From the NCBI GenBank assembly GCA_964187785.1, contig OZ076409.1, positions 1,178,001-1,242,000 on the forward strand: DNA of 64,000 nucleotides, read 5' to 3'. This DNA is from Amphiscolops sp. MND2022 (lineage: Eukaryota). Below the pieces are notes generated by a model that saw only the letters and a program-made list of their open reading frames with translations, was not told the DNA's origin and searched no databases. The position numbers and the translations under genes were made by a program. Below are positions 38,411-49,100 of this stretch, one piece after another (the first letter of the stretch is position 1; the number at the start of each line of letters is the position of its first letter).

Positions 38411-40715
38411 AAACACAGTATGGTTGGCCAGTTGTCCCATTGAACAAATGGAACCCAACATTTCAAGCCAAAGGTTTCAAAAAGTTGAATCGTTTGAAAA
38501 ACCAGAGTCGTTCCGTTCCCATCGAAAAGATCGTTTACCAGTCACCGAAGTTCCAGGTTTTTATTGCCGCCCATCTGCTAGAGAGTGTGATGTCGCCATT
38601 ATTTTTTATCATCAACCAAAACAACTTTCACAGTGAAGAAGCGCAAAAAGTCACTTTGGAATATAATTTTTTCATTGTTAAAGGCCTAAGTCTGTAATGT
38701 CAACTGTTTAAATCTGTTCCAATATCCAGCAGTAATGGTTTGCTGACTGAAGAATGTTCGTGAGACGGAGACAAATCTGCAAGAGGTCTGATCAATCGTG
38801 ATGTAAATGACTCCAAGCTGGGGTCCTTTTTCGAAGAAATTTGTCAAGGCAGAAAAACAAGAAGTCCCTTGGATTAAAAATCCAAGCACAGCCACCGTGA
38901 TTAAACCTTCAAAAATTGAAAAAGCTAGTGAAGCCCGAATGTTATCCAATCCTTATGCTCTAGAAAAGGTTGAACGCTTTTCCAACACTCATTCGTACCA
39001 AACTATTATCTTTTCTCTCATTTTCAAGTAAGCCCAATCTGACAAGAAAAAATTCAACTTCATAACCGGATAGAACAAGTTTTTCAGAAAGATTTTAGAC
39101 ACAGATTTTTGACAATTATTGTCTTTTGTCAAGTTCTGTTGGATCTTGTTCTTTTTAATCTATTGAGTAGACATCTGGAGGTTAAGTTTATCTTGAAAGC
39201 TGAAACTGGAAAACGACTTACTGCATGAGGCACATATTTCACAGTCCTCATTCCCGAACAATAATGCTAGTCTTTTTGAAGGTTACGCCACATAATAACC
39301 AATCTTCTTGTGAAACCCAACTTATCTGAGATACAGACAACAAAATACCAACTTTTCATTGACTTTTGATGGGAGCGTGGGTGGAAACATGATGAGCACA
39401 ATTACTTCCCAAAGTGTTATACCATAATGACCTTGCATGGTTATGACACTACCGTGCTTTTTGGAAGACTTGGCGGACTGGTCTCAATTGTGAGGCTGTG
39501 GAGAAATTGTCGTGATTCCTGATCATTTTTCCTGGCATGTGGGCTACGCAGTCACGTCAGACCTGAAAAATTCAATCCTCAGACCTTCTACGGCCAAATA
39601 TTTATCAAAAGCTGTTATCACTTCGACTATAGGTTGTGGCCGAAAATTGTATTGAGGAAACTGACAACACCGCGTTTATATTTTTTAGTTCATTTGAAAG
39701 TTAGTTCCACAGCAATGCTCGTGTATAATGTAGCCGTAAAAAACGGTGTTACAAACGGCCAACTTGGCACAGGTTTGGGAATGAGTTCTCCAGATCCCTG
39801 TCAAAATGATTGTAACCTTGGCGATTATCTCTCAATATTGTCGGTAAATCCTTGTCCCACCAATACTCATAGTTCCAAAAACCATATCTGGAATGGGTTC
39901 CAGTATTTAAAGTTTTCATCACACACAATCGTTGTGGAGAAGGCCATAATAGTGCGCGCTCGCATTAGTTGCAACTGCCCCTTTGTCGGGCTCTGACTTT
40001 GATTTGTAACCAGGTGCAAGGTCTATTTTTTCCTGCTGGTCAGATAGTGTTCATCATGATGGGCAAAAATTTAGTATCGGAAATGGCATACGTTTGGCTC
40101 TGCAGAGCCAAAAATGTGTCCGACATTCCAAAAATCGGCCAATTTGAATCATGCTCATCAGATGTAAGGAAGGGGCATGTTTTGTGATAGTTTGTCTAAA
40201 TGCCTGATAGATTCCTAACTGCTACAGTAAAAAAATATGCCGATACAACGTCACCATTCAATTCCTAAATACAAATGGAAAAGACCTCAAATGGGATCAA
40301 TTTGTCGGTTCATGTAACGTTCTCTTGCTTTGTGAAACGGAGCTGCAGTCCGGACATCCAGACCCGTGTTCCATCCAAAGATCGTGAACGTCAAGCATTT
40401 GTAAATTAAAAAAGGTCGAGTTAGACTTAATTAGACCTCATTGATCTTCAAAGTCGGTTTTCATAACTAACCTGGGTATAAACATTTCTGACAATACAGC
40501 ACTCAATGTGGTCCATTTCAATTCCCCAGACTTTTTCAACCTTGGAGGATTCCTTGAAAAGTTTGGATTAGGACGGCAATTAACCTGTTGATACCATCAT
40601 TAAACATTTTATCATTCATTTACATTGATTGCAAAATCACTGTTACCCGGCTTGTTAAGTTTGAATTCTAAATGTTGGATACGCAAACATTAGCAAGTAG
40701 TTCACGCTAAACCAC

Positions 40716-41094
40716 GGTGCAACTTCAATTCGTCGAACATTCAAATCGTCGAAAAATGAAAAACTATTCAATTCGTCGAAAGAATTCCATATCAGCGATT
40801 ATTTTCATTTGGTTATAATTTGTGGCGATTAGCATATTTGTTGTATGGCTCGGTCGCTTCGCTCCCTTCGACAAGTAGCAATATTGAGGCATGGCCATAT
40901 GGCACGTCGCTCCGCTTCGCTTCGCTCCTGCATTTAGGGCACTAGGAGTATGTGAACATATCTGACTACGTTATCGTAATTTTGAATGCTCGAATTTGAT
41001 TGGCCGAAATCAATTTATTCCATTATGTCATACCATCCTCGCTAAATTAATACGTGTTCGACGAATTGAATGTTCGACGAATTGAACAGTCCCC
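40716..41094. mobile_element. MULE-like MITE
   Basis: 9-bp TSD CTAAACCAC (40707-40715, 41095-41103); arms of TTCAATTCGTCGAA units; core shared with 1248-1386. Confidence 0.85.
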
Positions 41095-41503
41095 CTAAAC
41101 CACAATCATTCTACGTGGTATATTTTAACTACAGTACTTGTCGCAAAAACAGCATCAATTCAACATTCAGTATATCATCTTTTTTATTTGATAGGTTAGA
41201 ATACAACAAAAGTAATCATCAACTTGATTGACTAGTATTCAAGCGAGTGGTCTGATGCTTGTTTTTTTTTCGTAGGTGACATCTGCAACGTCAGACATTT
41301 CAACGAGTATCATCATTTGACATCATTGATTAGAAGAAGTTAATGTTTTAATTATCAAAATGGAATGAACGTAATTTCAAGGCAGTTTGTTGACGTTTTT
41401 TCTTGTAGTTTTGTCATGCCAATAGAATGCCTCGAGAATGCAGCTCTTTATTGCCTGGAAAACAACATTTTACAGCGTTAAAATAGAATCAATGAATTGC
41501 AAG

Positions 41504-41904
41504 TGTGATGCCATGATGCATGTCCTCAAAGATTCTATAAATTTGAAATACTCTGAACTCTTAACCAAACCAATTAGTAAATGTAATCTAATTTAGAAAC
41601 TAAGAAACTTCATTTAATAGATCCTGTATCAAACTCCCCTGCTTCATCCTGTTGCTGTCACATTGTTAATTGATGTAACCTACCCTAGTTAATAGAATAT
41701 ATCTACTCGGAGAAATTGAGAATTCATCCTAGCAATCAGTCTTCCTCCCATACTCCAAGAACTGAGATCTCAGAAATAGATTGCACTCAGAACTAGCTAG
41801 CTACAAGATAAAAGATAAGACGACTCCGCTGTTAAAATCTTAGACTTCTTATGTCAGTTCTAACTCTTCTAAAAGAAACAACCACACAACTTTTTAACAG
41901 CTCA
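41504..41904 (+). repeat. 5' LTR
   Basis: Direct repeat of 59034-59434, followed by AT and TGGTGCGACC (PBS candidate). Confidence 0.97.
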
Positions 41905-42597
41905 ATTGGTGCGACCAAGAAAATTCTTTTCTGTCTCCCATTTATTTCACACACCTACAATTGTTGTACTTCTTTCCTTGACTTTCTCATACGCTATCTC
42001 TTTGTTCGACACACAGTTTCTCCACCTCTCAACATCGCCTATCGTTATTAACTTCAACGTTGCAACCAATTTCTATTTGAAATTGATTCGTGTTGCTATG
42101 GTTCTGACTGCGTTTCTCAACGTAATTCCTGTCAGTCATATTTCTTGGTTCTGACTACGTTTCTTGACGTAATTCCTGTCAGTAAAATTTTCGTTCCAAC
42201 CACCACTGAGTGAATTCGTGTTGGCTTTCTCTCTTTCTTCCGTTCCAACCGCAGACGTGCGATACGTGTTGGCCCTTCTTCAAGTGCTATCCAGCGATTC
42301 CTGCTAGTAAAAATCTCTTTGGTTCTAGCCGCTTGGATCAACTTTAAAGTTGGCACACATATTTAACACATATTTTCTACATAACATATTTATAATACCT
42401 TCTTATTCTCTCTTCTATAGTACAAACAGCATACAAAACTCTTTTAAAACTTGCTTACGGATCCAAATACACAACAATTAAGATATATAACACAGAAATC
42501 ACATATTTCTTTATATAACTTTCATTTTTCATACACCTATATACAACAAATTTTTGTACAACCTTTTTGACATACTCTTAATAAAACTTTATTGTAC

Positions 42598-42720
42598 ATG
42601 CCGCCTTCAGTAGACACTATAGTTAAACTTATTGTCTGCTTTTGGTTCTTTGTTGCTATCATTGCTGGTCTTGCACTTTTTCTGGACAAATTCTTAATTT
42701 CATTCATACCAAAATTTTGA
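42598..42720 (+). CDS. 40-aa single-pass transmembrane uORF
   Basis: MPPSVDTIVKLIVCFWFFVAIIAGLALFLDKFLISFIPKF*, translated by hand. Confidence 0.45.
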   Translation: MPPSVDTIVKLIVCFWFFVAIIAGLALFLDKFLISFIPKF

Positions 42721-42739
42721 AGTACAACCTTTTTCTTCT

Positions 42740-42979
42740 ATGTTAACAAGTATAGTACTACCTCTTTTTGGACTACTTAGTATCTACCACACTTTCCATA
42801 TACTTATCCAATATATACAAAAGCCATTCCTTCTTTTCATAAGTATTGCACTTACTATTTTCTTACAAGTTGCTTTCATAGATCAAATTTTACCATATAA
42901 CTCACACTTCAATACAAAATATCTTCTTTTCCGATACATCTATCCTTTATGGCAATCTTATTGTACTAATCAAACTTAA
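42740..42979 (+). CDS. 79-aa hydrophobic uORF
   Basis: Two hydrophobic stretches; ends 9 nt before the gag ATG. Confidence 0.45.
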   Translation: MLTSIVLPLFGLLSIYHTFHILIQYIQKPFLLFISIALTIFLQVAFIDQILPYNSHFNTKYLLFRYIYPLWQSYCTNQT

Positions 42980-42988
42980 TATCATATA

Positions 42989-45900
42989 ATGCTCCCCACT
43001 CCATTTACAGTCACTACTGACAAAAGACAAAATCGATCTCTTATACAAGATGTAACACCTTTTCTACAAAACATTATCTTTCAGTACACTAACCCACTTC
43101 CATTTGAAACAGAACCCCATATATTACATACTATTCCATTAGTACGAGAACATTGTGATTCTTACCTATATTATATCCACTATAAAACACTTGATATTAC
43201 ACCATCACAAACTCCTTTTCAAGTTATTTTTAACCCTGTTAAAGGAATAAATTCTGGAACATTTTATAGAACTATACACCCACAGAATATTACACTTTCT
43301 ATACAAGATGTTTTTCACACATACATGCAAAAACTCATTGAATTCAATGAACACCAAGACACACCACTTTATCGTCCTTCTCATTCACAAGAACTAAAAC
43401 ACCTATCTGAATATTTCGAGGTCCCCGATCTTGACACGAAAGTTCAAAGACATGATAACCCTCATTATTGGCTACAACGAGATATATTACAAATAAAACA
43501 TTTCCAGTTCAAATTCTTTACAAAAATTATCCTTACAGATGATACTATACCTCAAGTCAAAATTTTTACGCATTTCTTATTAAAGTTCCTTAGATTTAAC
43601 TATCAACTACTTTGGGAACAAAAAGACCAACAAGCTTATATTAACTTCCCACAAGCACTAACACATATAGAACTCCTACCATACATCATAAACAATCAAA
43701 ACAAACATTTACATTACATAGATCTTACTTCATTAAATGTTACACATTTTGAACAAATAAACCTAGATCACAACTTTGTACTTGAACATTCTGAAACTTC
43801 AGATAACAGACCTTATACTACATCTGATACTTCTCATACAACAACTCATAAAGAACAAACCTCTAATACCCAACCTTCATATATCAGACAACAATCAGAA
43901 CAATCAGAACAAACAGAACAAGAATCACCAACGCAAGAAACACTTGTTAACCTTTTTCAAAATCCTGATTCTCCTTCGAGACAACCACAATTACACGTCT
44001 CTGATATACAACTCCCAAATCCTTCTGAAACAAATACAATTCACATTACATCAGAACATTCTGAAGAAACAGTACAAAATACACGAAGTTTTACAATAAC
44101 GGATGATTCAAATCTTATAATCATTCCTACCCACACTATCACCCAAAACGAAATTACAAACCAAAATCAAGACAACACTTCAAATACTAACCCAGACAAA
44201 ACCTCTGTTTTATCTACATCTAATACTACTATTACACACCCCTCTCACACACAAATACTATCTCCTCGAAATTATAATCCACCTTCTGTTCCACCTCAAT
44301 TCTCAACTCAGATAAATACCCATAACTCTCCACAACAAAGCTCTTCAAATACACACTCTATTACACAGAACAATAATACAGTACATTTTCAAACACCAAC
44401 TCCACCATCATCTTCTGAAATACAATTTTTAACTTATACTCCAGCTCAAACCAATTCAGTACAAACTACACAGCCTACCTTAAACATTAACACAATTCAT
44501 TCCAATCCCTCTTCTAAATATACCACAGCCAGACAACTTTCTCGACCTCCTTTACAACCTATATTAACTAATCCAATATCATACAATCTTACCAGTACTA
44601 ATCCAAGTCATACACAACAATCTCAGATAAACTATAACACACACAACCAATTAAACACTCTTTCTTCCCAACATACATCCAATACAATCACTCCTACATT
44701 ACAAACTTCCCAATTTCATATACCAAATCCCCCTTCGACAACAATTAGAACTAACCCTCACCTTCATAGTACTTCAACTACTTCTTTACCTAATATTTCC
44801 AATAACCCCACATACAATACAACACCTCCATCTACTATGTCTCATAACACTATGTCACACCCAACATATATTAACTCTTCTACTTCTATATCAGAACCCA
44901 TTAAACCTTTTGATGGACTCGATCACAACTATACACCTGAAGAATATTTACAACATATTGAGGCACGTGTTACATTTTCCTTAGGTTTACAACCTACATT
45001 GGAACATGAATATAAATTTTGGCACGCCCGTCGCATGGCTTTTATACAATGCTCTTTAACAGGTACAGCACTAAGCTGGTACATTCGTTTAAACGACACT
45101 TATAAACAAGATTGGCACGCTTTTGTACAAGCTTTCAAAAAACAATTTTCCTCACAAAAGAACGCTTACTATGCTCAAGTTGAAGCCCTTAATTTAACAA
45201 AGAAAGACAATGAAACAGTACGTCATTTTGCACTCAAAGTTCAACAACTGGTTGAAAAAAAGGCTGTTGTAATGAGAATGCATCTACTATAAACCTTAAA
45301 TGTAATGAACTCTTTACAAAAGGACTTCCAAAAAACCTTAAAGATTTTGCAAATAAAAGACAAGTAAAACACACCTCCACTGTCTTAGAACCTTCAATTC
45401 CTTTTCATACTTTGGTAAAACTTGTTGACGCCGAAGATATTGCAAACGACAAAATCAGAACACACGATCTTGCACTTGAAATCAATAATATTACAAAACA
45501 ATTGAACACTCAAACTCTAGATCACCCATCTCAAGAACAACTTATGTATACACAACCCAAAGACCCAAATAACAAAAATAAACCTGCATATAAAAAATAT
45601 TGCTCATATTGTCATAGAACAAATCACTCCATTTCTGCTTGTTTCAAAAAACAACGAGATGACGAAGATTAACGAGAAGCATATGCTCGATCAAAATCTC
45701 CACAAAAATCATTCGTTCAGTACTTTCGTTCTCCTTCCAATGACAGAACAAAATACTATGATAATCGATACCGAAGTCGAAGCACTTCACGAGACAACTC
45801 TTATAACCAAAAATATTCACAAAACCGATACCGTTCTACATCTCGAGATAGAGACAAATTTCGTTATGACAAAAGTACTACTCCTCCACACTACTCCAGA

Positions 45901-46128
45901 TCAAGATATGACACATACAAACGTGATTCTCGATCTTACCGTTCTCCTTACAGATCTTCTTATAGATCCCCATATAGACAAAACTCTCGTCCTAGATACA
46001 GATCACGCTCTTATTCAAGAGATAACAAATTCACCAAATACACAAATTCATATAGACCACCTTCAAGACCAAGAGACTCTCGATTTTCTAGATCTCGCTC
46101 ACACTCAAACTCCAGAAATAAAATCAAT
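42989..46128 (+). pseudogene. gag: gag: long N-terminal extension, capsid, CCHC knuckle, RS-rich segment
   Basis: IKPFDG...IQCSLTGTALSWY capsid motif; frameshift in the A-run near 45255; CSYCHRTNHSISAC; one TAA at 45670-45672, then an open frame into pol. Confidence 0.85.
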
Positions 46129-49100
46129 ATGATACAACAACAAGAGCAAACTGACCCTATCAAATTTGAAGTACACATGTATCACCCAACAGCAATGGCA
46201 AATGCTGTCACACCTACAAGTTGGTTTTATACTCTATATGTACACACCCCATCAAGTATAGTACAAAGAGACAACCCATCTAGACTAGAAATTGCATTCC
46301 TCCTAGATAGCGGTGCTTCCATTTCTGTACTCAATTATCCAACATACATAACTCTTACAAAACTTCTCGATATCAGACCAAATCACACCTCTGATGTTGG
46401 ACCAACTCGAAATTCCAAAACACTAACTGTTGCAAACCAAACTGAAGTTCCTATTTTACATTATGCAAATGTAATTCTCAACACCACCATTGACGAAAAC
46501 TCTCGTTACTTTTCAGTACCCTTCGCAGTAGCTGATATCAAATACAACATCCTTGGCACACCATTCTTTGAAGACAATATACAAAACATAAATATTCAAG
46601 ACTTTACACTCGAATTTAAATACCAATCAACAACACACCCAAATTATACAAAATTCACAACACTCCTATCTAAAGATTATCCATACTTCTCTTACATTTA
46701 TAGAATTAACTCAAAAACTCAGATACGTCTAAAACCCAAATCTTCCAAAATTGCACACTTTCCGATCAAAAATTATCATAATCTTCATTTTACAACCACA
46801 CCACAAAACCACTTCTTTCCTTCAGTACCTCATACCTATTTTGCTACCAAATTCCGTTCAAACTTCAATTTCATTGAAGTATTCACAGACGACAAACCAG
46901 ATATTTGTGCAACTATTATTCAGAACACTTCAAAACATATTGCAACCCTACCTACAGGACATATTGGATACATTGAAGTTCCAATTACTAATGAAAAACC
47001 TAATTTCTTCCAAGTCAACGACATTAATACTTTAATACACAATGTTACCCATACTTATCATCCTGATATTACTGAACCACTTCCACAGACCAATTATATT
47101 GTACAATATGATCCTACAACCCCTCCTCCACAATTCTCTCTACATCAAATTTATATGACAAATAACGACATTCCAAACCAAACTTCTCCTTTATATAACG
47201 TTCAGCCTACTTCTCATACTTCCGAAAAACGCATTTTCCCTTCTCTACCATATACTTCTGAAAATCTGAAATTTATTAATAAATTTAACTTCCAATTTTC
47301 TGACCTTACAGATTCAGAATACATTACTCTTTGCAATATGTTACTCAAATATAAAACATGTTATGCAACCCATAAAAACGATGTTGGAAAAATTTCAACA
47401 CCCTTTCGTATAAGACTTAAACCAAATGCTCAACTTATGACACAACGTCCTTCCAAAGTCCCTATTCACTACCGAGACAAACTTAATGTACTTCTTATAG
47501 AACTCGAAAAATATAACATTATCAAACAAATTGGTTCTTCTCCTCAAGACAAACCTGTTTATGGCACAACTTATTTAAATCCTCTTATTATAATCCCCAA
47601 GGGAGATACAATTAAATGTGTATTAGACGCTCGACATCTTAACTCCAATACAGAACAATCTGATGAATCTTGGCCTATTGAACCTCTTGCTCCACAACTA
47701 GCACGCGCAAACAAAAAGTACAAATCTGCTATTGACCTTATGTATGCCTATGCACATACACCTCTTGACGAAGATACTATAAAACTTACCAGTTTCTCCT
47801 CCGGAGACAAACTTTTCTCTTTTATCCGAGGCTTCTATGGTCTCAAAGGACTACCAAACTTCTTTACAAAACAAATGTCTACTTTCTTTAAAACTCTTAT
47901 AGAACAAGGTTTCGCTCTTGTCTACATTGACGATATATTACTTTTATCTGATTCTAAAGAACACATGTTTCAACTCATAGAACAATTACACATTTTTAGT
48001 ACAAAAACTAATCTTAAACTAGCCCCTGAAAAATCCTTTTTCATGCTTCTTAAAGTCAAATTCCTTGGACATGAAATTGGTTACAATACAATTAAACCAA
48101 TCCACTCAAAAATTGCAGCTATTCATAAGATCCCTTCTCCAACTGGCAAAGTTGCCCTAATGAGTTTCATTGGCGCACTCAATTTTTACACCAAATTTAT
48201 TGAAAAACTACATATTAACCTCAAACCGTTTTACGATCTTTTACATGAAAACACTCCTTGGAAATGGACAGACGAACGCGAAAGTCTATTCCAAAAACTT
48301 AAAATGTCTCTCACTTCTGAAACAGAATTAACAATACCAAATACAAAGCATCCATTTTTCATTACAGTTGACGCTTCCCTTATTGGATTAGGCGCTGTCT
48401 TATTCCAATTAAATGAACAAAACAAAAAGAAAGTCATATCGTACAACTCTCGTATACTTAATCCACAAGAACAAAAACTCTCCACACTTGATAGAGAACT
48501 TCTTGGTATAGTACACGCACTTCAAATCTATGAATTTCTCATCATAGGTTCTCCCCATCCAATACATATTTTTACTGATCACAAACCTTTATTACATTGT
48601 TTTACAAAGAAAGGTAATCTCAGTCCTCGTTTCTACAGAGCTCAAATGCAACTGACAAAATTTTCAAAACTCAAAATAATTCACACCCCTGGAAAAAATC
48701 TCTCTGTTGCCGATATGTTGAGTCGCTCATTCACAAAAGCTGAATTACAACTTAACCAATTAAAACATAAACACCTCCCACCACAAATCGATTTTGCACT
48801 TTTACAAGATAACACTCTCAAACCTGTACATTACTTAATAAAACATGAAGAAATTCTACCTCATCAAAAACATGACTCTCATCCAATTCTTGCTGATTAT
48901 GGTACAGATCAATTCTCTATTCGTATCAATGATAAAGGAAATGACATTGTTGTCAAACCGTTACAATCCTTCTCATTCAAATCCATAACTCCTTTCCAAA
49001 CTAAGTTCAGGACACCTACCAAAAAGAACAACAAAACCCTTCATCAACAATCTCTCTTACTTAATGATACTGACGTTACAAGTGATGACGAAGATCATAT

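Noticed and set aside
37400..39900. Possible host exons around the hAT MITE
   Set aside because: Only short ORFs and no motif I can support.
45659..46132. 157-aa ORF in the ORF track
   Set aside because: Shadow frame; the RS-rich frame is the one continuous with Gag and Pol.
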